Source: Candidatus Saccharimonadota bacterium (GTDB lineage Bacteria; Bacteroidota; Bacteroidia; Cytophagales; Amoebophilaceae). From it: 32,000 bases of DNA. Positions 18,063-27,996 of this stretch are shown here, one piece after another (position 1 is the stretch's first letter; each line of letters opens with the position of its first letter). The position numbers and the translations under genes were made by a program. The notes below the pieces were generated by a model. The model was not told where the DNA came from. It saw only the letters and a program-made list of their open reading frames with translations, and ran no database searches. The stretch is from contig NZ_CP022339.1 of the NCBI RefSeq assembly GCF_003351905.1, positions 690,001 to 722,000 on the forward strand. The letters run 5' to 3'.

Positions 18063-19248
18063 ATTGTTTAATTTTTCGATAAAGTGTTCTTTCAGAAATC
18101 CCTAAATCATCCGCTGCATTTTTACGGTTCCCATGGTTTTTTTGCAGCGACCTACGAATTAATACTTGTTCTTGAGCTTCAATAGAAAGGTTCTCTGTTG
18201 TATAGGACATGTCATGTAGGTTCGCTTCTTTAAAGGATTGTGTGGTATCTAGAAAATGAATCTGCTTGTTGTCTGCATCACTATAGGCACCGAGTTGCGC
18301 TTGTTCCTTTATAATCGGACTTTTCCCAGACTCTATAAAATTAAACATTAATGCTTTTAGTTCTGCGATATCTCTTTTTAAATCAAAGAGGATAGGATAT
18401 ATATATTCTTGCATGCCATGATCCTGCCATTTCTTATAAAGCACTGGTAACGTATGGCTTTGTGCTTTCGGTAAATATTGCTCTAGTACTTTGGGTGTAA
18501 TCATAACTACTTTTTCAAGTAGTGCCATTTGCTCAACAATATTTTTTAATTGTCGGATGTTCCCAGGAAATGCATAAGTGCGCAAAATATCTTTTGAATC
18601 TGAACTGATTTCTAGGGGTTTAACGCGGTATTTAGCAGCAAAGTCACTAGAGAATTTATGAAACAACTGGATAATATCTACGCCTCGTTCACGTAGGGGG
18701 GGGATATGAATGGGTACTGTATTGAGCCTGTAATACAAATCTTCTCGGAATTTTCCTTGTTTAATGGCATAGAGTAAGTCTACATGCGTAGCTGCTACTA
18801 CACGCACTTTGGTTTTTTGTACGTTAGAGCCACCTACTTTTAGATATTCTCCATATTCTAACACACGCAAAAGTCTAGTTTGTGTCCCCAAGGGCATTTC
18901 ACCTATTTCATCTAGAAAGATGGTTCCACCATTGGCTTCTTCAAAGTAGCCCTTTCGGCTTTCTAAAGCACCCGTAAAGGCGCCTTTTTCGTGACCAAAA
19001 AGTTCAGCGTCTATGGTTCCTTCTGGAATGGCCCCACAGTTAATAGCTATAAAATTACCATGTCGGTAGGGGCTTAGTGCATGGATAATTTTGGAAAAAG
19101 ATTCCTTTCCCGTGCCACTTTCACCTGTAATTAAAACGGATAGATCGGTGGCAGCGACCTGCATCGCTACCTCAATAGCTCGATTCAACAATGGCGCATT
19201 GCCAATAATGTTAAACCGTTGTTTGATGTATTGAAGATCTTCTTTCAT
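18031..19248 (-). CDS. Sigma-54-dependent transcriptional activator (AAA+ EBP with Fis-type HTH, no receiver or sensor domain)
   Basis: Walker A is GESGTGKE and the sigma-54 contact loop is GAFTGA (HEKGAFTGA). The C-terminal HTH is AADDLGISERTLYRKIKQY. The protein starts directly with the AAA+ domain. Confidence 0.9.
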   Translation of the reverse strand: MKEDLQYIKQRFNIIGNAPLLNRAIEVAMQVAATDLSVLITGESGTGKESFSKIIHALSPYRHGNFIAINCGAIPEGTIDAELFGHEKGAFTGALESRKGYFEEANGGTIFLDEIGEMPLGTQTRLLRVLEYGEYLKVGGSNVQKTKVRVVAATHVDLLYAIKQGKFREDLYYRLNTVPIHIPPLRERGVDIIQLFHKFSSDFAAKYRVKPLEISSDSKDILRTYAFPGNIRQLKNIVEQMALLEKVVMITPKVLEQYLPKAQSHTLPVLYKKWQDHGMQEYIYPILFDLKRDIAELKALMFNFIESGKSPIIKEQAQLGAYSDADNKQIHFLDTTQSFKEANLHDMSYTTENLSIEAQEQVLIRRSLQKNHGNRKNAADDLGISERTLYRKIKQYEIEASDFNQ

Positions 19249-19260
19249 AGCCTGATATGC

Positions 19261-20706
19261 TTAAGATACGACGGTTCCAAACAGCGTGGCTGCATTGCAA
19301 TGGGTAATATGTACCGCTACATAATCGCCTATTGTATAGCTCCCTTTGGGAAATACAACAATCTTGTTTTGACTGGTTCTACCTTGAAAAAATGCGTCTG
19401 ATTTTTTGGAGTATTTTTCAATTAATACTTCATAGACTTGATCTATACTTTTTTGATTGTGCATCAAGGCATGTGCACGTTGTTTGGCTATAATTTCGCT
19501 TAATCTACGTTTTTTAACTGTTTCTGGCACGTCATCGGGATATTTTCTAGCCGCTAATGTGCCTGGACGTTCGGAGTAATAAAACATAAAGGAAAAATCA
19601 TATTGCACGTAATCCATGAGTGAGAGGGTATCTGCATGTTCTGCTTCTGTTTCGGAGCAGAAGCCTGCAATCATATCGGAAGAAATGGCGCAAGATGGAC
19701 CTAAGATATTTCTAATGGCATGAATTCTTTCTATATACCATGCGCGATCGTAGGTACGGTTCATTAGTTTTAGGACGCGGCTATTGCCACTTTGTACGGG
19801 AAGGTGAATGTGTTTACAGATGTTGTGGTAGGCTTTCATCGTATGCAACACCTCATCCGTCATATCTTTAGGGTGGGAGGTGGAAAAACGCACCCTTAAC
19901 TTCGGATCAATCTCAGCCACCATGGCCAGCAATTGAGCAAAGCGAATGTCTGCGTTGGATCCATGATGTAGCGGCGTAGCAGCTTCGGTCTTAGCAGGAT
20001 GCCAGCTATAAGAATCTACATTTTGTCCTAAAAGGGTAACCTCCTTGTATCCTGATTTAAATAATTTGGTAGCTTCTTGGACAATAGAATAAGGATCTCT
20101 GCTCCGTTCACGTCCCCGGGTAAAAGGGACAATACAAAACGAACACATATTATTACACCCCCTCATAATTGAGATAAAAGCGGTTACACCACTTGAATGC
20201 AAGCGAATGGGCGCAATATCGGCATAGGTTTCTTCTTTAGACAAAAAAGTATTGACCGCCTTATATCCTTTATCTACTTGACTAATTAATCTGGGAAGGT
20301 CTCTATAGGCATCTGGTCCCGCTACTAAATCCACTACTTTTTCCTCTTCTAGTAATTGCGTTTTAAGCCGTTCTGCCATACAGCCTAATATACCTACAAT
20401 CAGGTCAGGCTGTTGTATCTTTTGTTGATTAAACACCAATAATCTATTGCGAATCGTCTGTTCGGCTTTATCCCGAATGGCACATGTGTTGATGAGAATA
20501 AGGTCTGCCTCATGGTAGTGATCTGTAAATACAAAACCTTGCTGGTCCATAATAGACGCTACTATTTCACTATCAGAAAAATTCATTTGGCAGCCGTAGC
20601 TTTCTATATATAGTTTTCTATACAACGGAGGGTGGTTGGGTGGTCTGTTTACGGTAGCATCATCTGCAGCAATAAATGTTTTTTGTTCCATATTGGATAT
20701 GATCAT
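19261..20706 (-). CDS. miaB: tRNA-2-methylthio-N6-dimethylallyladenosine synthase
   Basis: 481 aa. It has the N-terminal UPF0004 block [10 protein letters not shown], a radical-SAM CxxxCxxC motif ([12 protein letters not shown]) and a C-terminal TRAM-like end. Confidence 0.9.
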   Translation of the reverse strand: MIISNMEQKTFIAADDATVNRPPNHPPLYRKLYIESYGCQMNFSDSEIVASIMDQQGFVFTDHYHEADLILINTCAIRDKAEQTIRNRLLVFNQQKIQQPDLIVGILGCMAERLKTQLLEEEKVVDLVAGPDAYRDLPRLISQVDKGYKAVNTFLSKEETYADIAPIRLHSSGVTAFISIMRGCNNMCSFCIVPFTRGRERSRDPYSIVQEATKLFKSGYKEVTLLGQNVDSYSWHPAKTEAATPLHHGSNADIRFAQLLAMVAEIDPKLRVRFSTSHPKDMTDEVLHTMKAYHNICKHIHLPVQSGNSRVLKLMNRTYDRAWYIERIHAIRNILGPSCAISSDMIAGFCSETEAEHADTLSLMDYVQYDFSFMFYYSERPGTLAARKYPDDVPETVKKRRLSEIIAKQRAHALMHNQKSIDQVYEVLIEKYSKKSDAFFQGRTSQNKIVVFPKGSYTIGDYVAVHITHCNAATLFGTVVS

Positions 20707-20790
20707 GTTACGGCTATATAGCCTGGCGATAGCCTAAGGAAACTAGGCTATATAAAGGTACAAAATAGGTGGGACTGCCCCATATGCTCT

Positions 20791-22794
20791 TTACAAAATC
20801 TTTACCTTATTAAGGGTAACTGCGCGCAACTGGTCAATGATATGTTGATTCACTAGTGTGGAGGTGTCACCCAAATGGGTTTCTTGTTGCACTATTTTTT
20901 TGAGTAGTCGACGCATGATTTTCCCAGCGCCTACTTTAGGTAGTGCAGATACAGGGTGCAATAGGTCTGGAACGGCAAAGGCGCCCAACTTATTTCGAAT
21001 GATTGTTTTAATCTCAGATGCAATGATGTGATTATATACCCATCTATTTTTTAATACAATAAAACAATGAATGGCTTCGCCTTTTATGGCATGTGGTGCA
21101 GAGACAGCAGCCGCTTCAGCCACGGATGGGTGTTGCATCAATACGGACTCAATTTCAGCAGTTGATATCAAATGACCGGAGCTATTCAACATATCGTCTG
21201 TTCGGCCTATGATCCAATAATAACCATCTGCATCACGTTTTGCGGCGTCGCCTGTGTAGTAGTAGCCATGGTCAAAATAGGTAGCTTGAAACCGCTGATG
21301 GTGGCCATCAATGGTCCGTGCCATGCCTGGCCAGGGTGTTTTTAGCACGAGATGGCCCTTCCCTTCGCCTATAATTTCAACGCCATGGTCATCAACTATG
21401 GCTGGCACAATACCAAAAAAAGGAAGTGTAGCAGATCCAGGTTTTAGTGGTGTAGCGCCAGGAAGTGGACAAATGATCGGTGCGCCTGTTTCGGTCTGCC
21501 AAAAGGTGTCAATGATGGGGCATCGTTTGGCACCCACTGTTTCGTAAAACCAGGTCCAGGTTGAAGGGTCAATTGGTTCACCCACTGAACCGAGTATACG
21601 TAGGGAGGCTCTGCTGTATGCCGTAACATAGGACGTATTGAGTTGCATCAGGGTTCGAAGCGCAGTGGGCGCTGTATAAAAGGTGGTTACTTGATACCTA
21701 TCAATCAAATCCCAGAAGCGCCCTCCATCTGGGTAGGTGGGAATGCCGTCAAAAATCAAAGTGGTACTTCTACAAGCCAGTGCACCATATACATTAAACG
21801 TATGGCCTGTAATCCAGCCTAAATCTCCAGAGCAGAAAAATATATCTTCTGGATGGTAGTCAAATGCATATTTAAATAGGGTAGCTGCATACAACAGGTA
21901 TCCACCGTTTGTATGGCATATCCCTTTGGGCTTTCCAGTTGAACCGCTTGTATAAAGTATAAATAGCAGATCTTCTGCATCTACCCACTCAGGCGGGCAG
22001 ACATCTGATGCCGTTGCCATCAATGTTTCCCATGCGTGATCTATGGCATCGTCCCATGGGATCTTGGGTATATTTTCCGTTTGTGTAATGGTTTGTAGGC
22101 GATGAAAAACAATACAATGGTTGATGGGATGGTTGGCGGCTTTACATTGCAACAATGCTTGGGTGGCAATCGATTTGAGTGGGATAAACTTTGTACCACG
22201 AAATGTGCCGTCGGCTGTTACCAAGAGTTTTGCTTTTCCAGTTATCATGCGTTCTGCTAGTGCATCTGCTGAAAATCCTGCAAAGATGACCATATGAATG
22301 GCACCAATCCGTGCACAACTGAGCATCGCTACGATAGCCTCTATAGTGGTCGGCATGTAGATGGCCACGCGATCTCCCTTTTTGATGCCCAGCGATTTGA
22401 ATACATTGGCACATTTACAAATGGCTTTGAGCAGTGCTTGGTAGGTGATTTGTTTTTGGTCATGTGGCTCATTCCCTTCCCAATAATAGGCGATCTTATC
22501 GCCATACCCATTTTGCACATGTCTATCCACTAGGTTGTAACAAATATTGGTTAGCGCACCTTCCATCCATTTTGTAAAAATAGGTCCTTTTTGGAGGTCG
22601 AAGTTATAGCGTAAAAATGGACGCGTTGGGTTTTTTTTCCAGAAAAATTCTGTAGCTATTTTTTCCCAAAATTGAATTGGATCCTCAATAGAGGCGTTAT
22701 ATATTTTTAGGTATGCATCCAATGATGTAATATAGGCGCTTTGTTGAATGGCGCCAGAAGGAGGGTATGTTGTGCGTAGGTCAGGTTTTTTCAT
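20791..22794 (-). CDS. acs: Acetyl-CoA synthetase (AMP-forming)
   Basis: Motifs YTSGSTGKPKG, DTFWQTETG, YYTGD and GAGKIMRR are present. I placed the start at ATG 22794 (MKKPDL..., 667 aa). The ORF-track start at 22833 is TTG and adds 13 aa. Confidence 0.9.
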   Translation of the reverse strand: MKKPDLRTTYPPSGAIQQSAYITSLDAYLKIYNASIEDPIQFWEKIATEFFWKKNPTRPFLRYNFDLQKGPIFTKWMEGALTNICYNLVDRHVQNGYGDKIAYYWEGNEPHDQKQITYQALLKAICKCANVFKSLGIKKGDRVAIYMPTTIEAIVAMLSCARIGAIHMVIFAGFSADALAERMITGKAKLLVTADGTFRGTKFIPLKSIATQALLQCKAANHPINHCIVFHRLQTITQTENIPKIPWDDAIDHAWETLMATASDVCPPEWVDAEDLLFILYTSGSTGKPKGICHTNGGYLLYAATLFKYAFDYHPEDIFFCSGDLGWITGHTFNVYGALACRSTTLIFDGIPTYPDGGRFWDLIDRYQVTTFYTAPTALRTLMQLNTSYVTAYSRASLRILGSVGEPIDPSTWTWFYETVGAKRCPIIDTFWQTETGAPIICPLPGATPLKPGSATLPFFGIVPAIVDDHGVEIIGEGKGHLVLKTPWPGMARTIDGHHQRFQATYFDHGYYYTGDAAKRDADGYYWIIGRTDDMLNSSGHLISTAEIESVLMQHPSVAEAAAVSAPHAIKGEAIHCFIVLKNRWVYNHIIASEIKTIIRNKLGAFAVPDLLHPVSALPKVGAGKIMRRLLKKIVQQETHLGDTSTLVNQHIIDQLRAVTLNKVKIL

Positions 22795-23045
22795 ACTTTC
22801 AAAATTCTTGTATCCATGTTTTAGGCCAAGCAATTAATATGTACGCATCTAGCCAATCCTCTAAATAATTGTAGGTATAGGCAAATTGAACGATGCATAG
22901 GGATATGCCTATAAGCCTCATCAATTAGATACAGCTGCTTAATTTAAGTAAAAACTTATACTTTACCCAAATGTATGATAGACTTGTATCTAGGGTGAGA
23001 CTGTAATAGTCGAGACTTAATCTTATCTATCTATTGTAACCACCT

Positions 23046-24338
23046 TTACGCATCGCACAGATCAGTTTTATCTATGAGTTGTTGATCCAACACTTTACTG
23101 GTACGTGCACCTAATAACTTCATTTTTTGTGCCCTGGAGACCAAACTACCTTTGCCCTCATATAGTTTTTTAGTGGCTTCTAAATAGTTTTTTTGTGTGA
23201 GCTCTAATTGGCGGCCTATACTTTTAATATCCTCTACAAAGGCAACAAATTTGTCATATAAGGCACCACCTTGTGTGGCAATCTCTAAAGCATTTTGGTT
23301 TTGGTGGGCTTGTCTCCATAAATTGGCAATGGTGCGTAGGGTGGCGATTAGATTCGAAGGGGATACGATTACAATATTGCGTGCATAGGCCTCATTAAAA
23401 AGCATGCCTTCTTCTTGCACAGCTAGTGCAAAGGCTGGTTCAATGGGTATAAACATTAAAACAAAATCCAAGCCTTGCAGGTTGTAGAGCGCTTGATACC
23501 GCTTTTCGCTGAGCGTTTTAATATGGCGTCTAATTGAAAGAATATGCTGTTTGAGGTGAAAGGTTCGTTCAAGCCTATCTGGGTGGTTAAAAAATTGTTC
23601 GTAATGATTTAAAGATACCTTTGCATCGATCACAATATTCCGTCCTTCTGGTAGGTTAATGACTACATCTGGTTGTAATCTTTGCCCATCTTCTGTGGGA
23701 ATAGAGGGTTGTATGACATATTCTCTATTTTTAACGAGTCCAGACTGGTCTAGAATATTTTCTAAGATAAACTCACCCCATCCTCCTTGTAGTTTTGAAT
23801 CTCCTTTTAATGCTTTGGTAAGCCCTTCTGCTTCTTGTGTGATTTTTAGGTTAAGGTCATGGAGTTGTTTTAACTCTGTCCGTAACGCTACATTTCTTTC
23901 CAAGCTTTCTTGGTTATACTGCGTGACCTGTTGTGCAAAGGTTTTAATTTTATCGCTGAGTGGGGTTAACAACCGCTCCATTTGGAGCTGACTATGGTCT
24001 GAAAACTTTTTGCTTTTTTCTTCTAAAAGTTCATGGGCTAAATTTTTAAAATGGATGGTGAGTTGGCTTTGGAGTTGCTCAACCGACTGGCCTTGTTCGG
24101 CTATTTTTTTTTCTAAATAGCTATTATGTGCCAGGGCAGTAGCTAGTTCTTTACTGACCTGTAGGTGTTGCGCTTGTAGAGTGTGGGATTGATGTTGGCT
24201 TTCAGCTAAATCCTTTTCTAGTCCAGCAACGCTATTTTGTAAGGTGGCAATGGGTACTTTATGCAAGATTTTTGTAATGAACCAGCCGATGGTAAAGCCA
24301 ATAAGCAATACAAGGAGTAGATAGATGGTAAAAGCCAT
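23046..24338 (-). CDS. rmuC: DNA recombination protein RmuC
   Basis: 430 aa. It has an N-terminal TM helix, a long coiled-coil region, and a C-terminal nuclease-like region with DFVLMFIPIEPAF and IVIVSPSNLIATLR, as in RmuC. Confidence 0.85.
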   Translation of the reverse strand: MAFTIYLLLVLLIGFTIGWFITKILHKVPIATLQNSVAGLEKDLAESQHQSHTLQAQHLQVSKELATALAHNSYLEKKIAEQGQSVEQLQSQLTIHFKNLAHELLEEKSKKFSDHSQLQMERLLTPLSDKIKTFAQQVTQYNQESLERNVALRTELKQLHDLNLKITQEAEGLTKALKGDSKLQGGWGEFILENILDQSGLVKNREYVIQPSIPTEDGQRLQPDVVINLPEGRNIVIDAKVSLNHYEQFFNHPDRLERTFHLKQHILSIRRHIKTLSEKRYQALYNLQGLDFVLMFIPIEPAFALAVQEEGMLFNEAYARNIVIVSPSNLIATLRTIANLWRQAHQNQNALEIATQGGALYDKFVAFVEDIKSIGRQLELTQKNYLEATKKLYEGKGSLVSRAQKMKLLGARTSKVLDQQLIDKTDLCDA

Positions 24339-24449
24339 AACGTACTGTTTACTGGCCCTATTTATGAAATAGAGTGCCAGTTGCGATGAGAAAATATACC
24401 ATTAAAGACACAAAACAATATACTATCTTTCCGTCTGCATATTACTTCT

Positions 24450-24737
24450 GTGTTAACTACGTCCTCAAATGATCGTGCTGAGCATGCCATGATTGAAACT
24501 ATTATTGCTTGTTCCATGTTTGCAAATAAGCAAAAAATGATACACAAGCGTTATGCCCCTGCTCAATTATTTCGTGTACATCTTGAAGGTGTACTGAATC
24601 CTGGGAAGATTGACTTAGTAGATAGTAAGCATATTCAGAGTTTATTTAGTTGTATTGATGTTAAGGACGATAAAGGTGCGCAGGAGTGTGCTAAAGCTAT
24701 AGTTGATATAATGTTTAACCCTAAAAAAAATAGTTAA
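24450..24737 (+). CDS. Orphan ORF, hypothetical (doubtful)
   Basis: 95-aa ORF with a GTG start (first ATG is codon 14) and no recognisable motif. It lies on the opposite strand to both neighbours. Its only support is the large hairpin 80 nt downstream, which could act as a bidirectional terminator. Confidence 0.2.
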   Translation: MLTTSSNDRAEHAMIETIIACSMFANKQKMIHKRYAPAQLFRVHLEGVLNPGKIDLVDSKHIQSLFSCIDVKDDKGAQECAKAIVDIMFNPKKNS

Positions 24738-24815
24738 TTAGTTTTGTTCTCCTGAAGTTTTATACCCCATAGCAATAAAAAAACGCCCCTCGCGAAAAAT
24801 TGCGATCAGAAAGCG

Positions 24816-24895
24816 TAGCTTACAGATGATTAAGAAAAACAGCTTCCTTTGAAGCCCATGAAGCGGGCGACTTCTGTTTTTCCATCTGTAAGCTA
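24816..24895. terminator. 80-nt extended stem-loop, possible bidirectional terminator downstream of rpsJ
   Basis: A 13-bp perfect outer stem pairs tagcttacagatg (24816-24828) with catctgtaagcta (24883-24895). A 9-bp second stem pairs gaaaaacag (24834-24842) with ctgtttttc (24874-24882). An apical gccc/gggc pairing closes it. T-rich tracts follow on both strands. Confidence 0.45.
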
Positions 24896-24907
24896 GGGCT
24901 TTCAGCA

Positions 24908-24938
24908 ATTTTTTGCACAGGGCTTGATTTTTTGCACA
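24908..24938. repeat. Perfect 12-nt direct repeat attttttgcaca x2 with 19-nt period
   Basis: The copies lie at 24908-24919 and 24927-24938 in the gene-free spacer downstream of rpsJ. Confidence 0.8.
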
Positions 24939-24980
24939 CTTTTTTATCAAGGAAAAAGTGCGATAAAATTCCTTTTTCTT

Positions 24981-25286
24981 TCAAACCTTAATCTCTACCT
25001 CTACACCACTAGGCAGCTCCAGTTTGGTGAGTGCATCTACTGCTTTTGAGCTACTGGAGTAAATATCTATCAACCTTTTATGGGTGCAAAGTTGAAACTG
25101 TTCTCGTGACTTTTTATTCACGTGCGGAGAACGCAGCACCGTATAGATTTCTTTTTTACCTGGTAGCGGAATGGGACCATTAACCACTGTTTTGGTAGCT
25201 TTTACAGCCTTAACGATGCTATCTGCCGACTTATCTAAGAGGGCAGCATCGAATGATTTCAGTTTAATGCGAATTTTTTGATTCAT
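24981..25286 (-). CDS. rpsJ: 30S ribosomal protein S10
   Basis: 101 aa: [13 protein letters not shown]...[15 protein letters not shown]...HKRLIDI, the canonical S10 sequence. Confidence 0.95.
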   Translation of the reverse strand: MNQKIRIKLKSFDAALLDKSADSIVKAVKATKTVVNGPIPLPGKKEIYTVLRSPHVNKKSREQFQLCTHKRLIDIYSSSSKAVDALTKLELPSGVEVEIKV

Positions 25287-25301
25287 ATGCTTGGTTTCTT
25301 A

Positions 25302-27443
25302 CTATACCGTTATGCCTTTTGCTTTGTTAATAATGGCTTCTGCTAAGTTTTTAGGAACGGGCTCGTAATGCGAAAATGTTAAGGAAGCAGAAGCCCTACC
25401 TGAGGTAATGGTTCTTAAATCAGTCACATATCCAAATAGTTCTGCCAACGGCACATCTGCTTTAACAATTTGTGCGCCACCTTTACCAGTCATTCCTTTC
25501 ATAATCCCTCTTCGTCTATTGAGATCTCCTGTAACGGGACCTGTAAACTCATTAGGGGTAGCTACTTCTACAGCCATAATAGGCTCTAAAAGTACAGGCG
25601 TGGCTTTCTGTGCAGCAGCCCTGAATCCCGCTCTAGCAGCTAATTCAAAAGATAAAGAGTCTGAGTCTACATCATGATAGGAACCATGAAAGATTTTTAC
25701 CCGCATCGATTCTACAGGATACCCTCCTAATGGACCATTCTCCATAGCTGCGGTAAACCCTTTTTGAATGGCTGGGATATATTCTTTAGGAATCACTCCG
25801 CCGACAATCTTATTCACAAACTCCAACCCTGGCTGAACAGGCTCCCCTTCAACGACTGCTCTAGGCCCTATCTCAAAAACAATATCGGCAAATTTACCTC
25901 TACCACCTGTTTGCTTTTTATAGACTTCTTTGTGCTCGACCGTAGCAGTGAGGGTTTCTTTGTAGGCCACTTGTGGGGCACCTTGGTTGATTTCAAGTTT
26001 AAACTCGCGCTTTAACCGGTCAATAATAATTTCTAGATGGAGTTCTCCCATTCCTTTTAGAATGGTTTGCCCTGTCTCATGATTGGTTTCCATCCGTAAA
26101 GTTGGATCCTCTTCCATAAGCTTGGCAATAGATAGGGTTAGCTTATCTTGGTCTGCTTGCTTTTTAGGCTCAATAGAGTAACCGATTACCGGTTCCGGAA
26201 ATGTGATGGCCTCTAATATCGCTTTATCTTTTTCACTGGTTAGTGTATCGCCTGTTTTAATCTCTTTAAAACCTACTACGGCACAGATATCTCCTGCTTG
26301 TACTGCGTTGATTGGATTTTGTTTATTGGCATGCATTTGCATCAGACGGGCAATCCTTTCTTTTTTACCGGTTCTATTGTTGTGCACGTAGGATCCAGCC
26401 TCTAGCATACCCGAATAGACGCGCAAAAAAGCAAGCCTACCCACAAAAGGATCAGTCGCAATTTTAAAAGCTAATGCAGTAAATGGTTCACTATGCGCTG
26501 GCTTTCTTACCATGACAGCGCCCGTGTCTGGATGGGTACATGCTACTGGAGGCAAGTCTAATGGAGAGGGGAGGTAAGCACACGCCGCATCCAATAAGGC
26601 CTGAACACCTTTGTTTTTAAAAGCAGAACCGCAGAGAACAGGAGAAAAAGAGAGATCAATAACCGCCTTGCGAATGGCTGCCCTGATTTCATCTGGTGTA
26701 ATCGCATCTGGACGATCAAAGAATTTTTCCATTAATGCTTCATCATAACTGGCTACACTTTCAATCAGGTTTTGACGCCACTCCCCAACGGTCTCTACTA
26801 AATCGTCGGGAATAGGTATCACCTGGTAGGTCATGCCTAAGTCATGCTCATTCCAAACGATGGCTTCATGGGTAATCAAATCTACAACGCCCTTAAACGA
26901 AGCTTCACTGCCAATAGGAATTTGCAAGGGAACAGGGTTGGCACCTAGTTTTTCTTTGATCTCATTGAGCGCATTGAAAAAATTGGCACCGGCCCTATCC
27001 ATTTTATTTACAAAACAGATGCGGGGCACGCGGTATTTATCGGCTTGACGCCAAACTGTTTCAGATTGAGGCTCCACACCAGATACGGCGCAAAATAAAG
27101 CAACGGCGCCATCCAACACACGCAAGGAACGCTCTACTTCTACTGTAAAGTCGACGTGGCCAGGGGTGTCGATGATGTTTACTTTGTAGGTTTGGGTCTG
27201 ATCATTTGCTTTGCCTTGTATGGTAGGATATTTCCAAAATGTAGTAGTAGCTGCAGAGGTAATGGTAATGCCGCGCTCTTGCTCTTGAGCCATCCAATCC
27301 ATAACCGCTCCTCCATCGTGTACCTCCCCTATTTTGTGGGTGAGACCTGTGTAATAAAGAATGCGTTCAGTGGTGGTCGTTTTACCCGCATCAATATGGG
27401 CCATGATGCCTATGTTTCTTAGAAAGGTTAGTTCGTTTGCCAT
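25302..27443 (-). CDS. fusA: Elongation factor G
   Basis: 713 aa with GTPase motifs [17 protein letters not shown] and NKMDR. Its ATG abuts the rpsG stop codon. Confidence 0.95.
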   Translation of the reverse strand: MANELTFLRNIGIMAHIDAGKTTTTERILYYTGLTHKIGEVHDGGAVMDWMAQEQERGITITSAATTTFWKYPTIQGKANDQTQTYKVNIIDTPGHVDFTVEVERSLRVLDGAVALFCAVSGVEPQSETVWRQADKYRVPRICFVNKMDRAGANFFNALNEIKEKLGANPVPLQIPIGSEASFKGVVDLITHEAIVWNEHDLGMTYQVIPIPDDLVETVGEWRQNLIESVASYDEALMEKFFDRPDAITPDEIRAAIRKAVIDLSFSPVLCGSAFKNKGVQALLDAACAYLPSPLDLPPVACTHPDTGAVMVRKPAHSEPFTALAFKIATDPFVGRLAFLRVYSGMLEAGSYVHNNRTGKKERIARLMQMHANKQNPINAVQAGDICAVVGFKEIKTGDTLTSEKDKAILEAITFPEPVIGYSIEPKKQADQDKLTLSIAKLMEEDPTLRMETNHETGQTILKGMGELHLEIIIDRLKREFKLEINQGAPQVAYKETLTATVEHKEVYKKQTGGRGKFADIVFEIGPRAVVEGEPVQPGLEFVNKIVGGVIPKEYIPAIQKGFTAAMENGPLGGYPVESMRVKIFHGSYHDVDSDSLSFELAARAGFRAAAQKATPVLLEPIMAVEVATPNEFTGPVTGDLNRRRGIMKGMTGKGGAQIVKADVPLAELFGYVTDLRTITSGRASASLTFSHYEPVPKNLAEAIINKAKGITV

Positions 27444-27914
27444 TTATCTCAAGTTAAAGTGTGAGAACGCTCTATTTGAACTGGCCATCTTATGGGTATC
27501 TACTTTGCGTTTGAAAGCAGCGCCTTCTTCTTTGGCAGCTGCAATAATTTCATTGGTAAGCCTTTCTTGCATCGTCTTTTCTCCACGGGATCTTGCATAA
27601 TCAATCAGCCACTTTATACCTAAAAATATTCTTCTATCTGGCCGTATTTCAATAGGCACTTGAAGGGTAGCCCCCCCAACTCGTCTACGTTTGACCTCTA
27701 ATGTAGGGGTTACATTATGAAGTGCTTTACGCCATACTTCTAATCCTTCTTCTTTTGTTTTCTGCGAAACGGAGGCAATGGTGCCATAAAAAATGCTAAA
27801 CGCAAGGCTTTTCTTACCTCGTTGCATTAATCCGTTTACAAATCTGGTTACAAGCGGATCACCATATTTATAGTCTGGTGCTAATACCCTCTTTATAGCT
27901 TGTTTTCTTCTCAT
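27444..27914 (-). CDS. rpsG: 30S ribosomal protein S7
   Basis: 156 aa: MRRKQAIKRVLAPDYKYGDPLVTRFVN...VEVKRRRVGGATLQVP, the canonical S7 sequence. Confidence 0.95.
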   Translation of the reverse strand: MRRKQAIKRVLAPDYKYGDPLVTRFVNGLMQRGKKSLAFSIFYGTIASVSQKTKEEGLEVWRKALHNVTPTLEVKRRRVGGATLQVPIEIRPDRRIFLGIKWLIDYARSRGEKTMQERLTNEIIAAAKEEGAAFKRKVDTHKMASSNRAFSHFNLR

Positions 27915-27996
27915 AGTATTCCTAAAGTTAATTCTTACTGCTTACATCTGCACGGCACCTCATCGCCCCAGTAGGGTGGCCATAGAAGATGTATGG

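Noticed and set aside
24776-24800. A short hairpin cgc-ccctc-gcg adjacent to an A7/T7 run, considered as the rpsJ terminator.
   Set aside because: The stem is only 3 bp. The 80-nt stem-loop at 24816-24895 is a far better candidate.
24362-24950. Short ORFs 24362..24547 (-) and 24738..24950 (-) in the spacer after rpsJ, considered as rplC remnants or small genes.
   Set aside because: The translations (for example MIKKCAKNQALCKKLLKALAYRWKNRSRPL...) show no resemblance to L3 or any family I recognise. The second ORF is largely made of the hairpin and repeat sequences.
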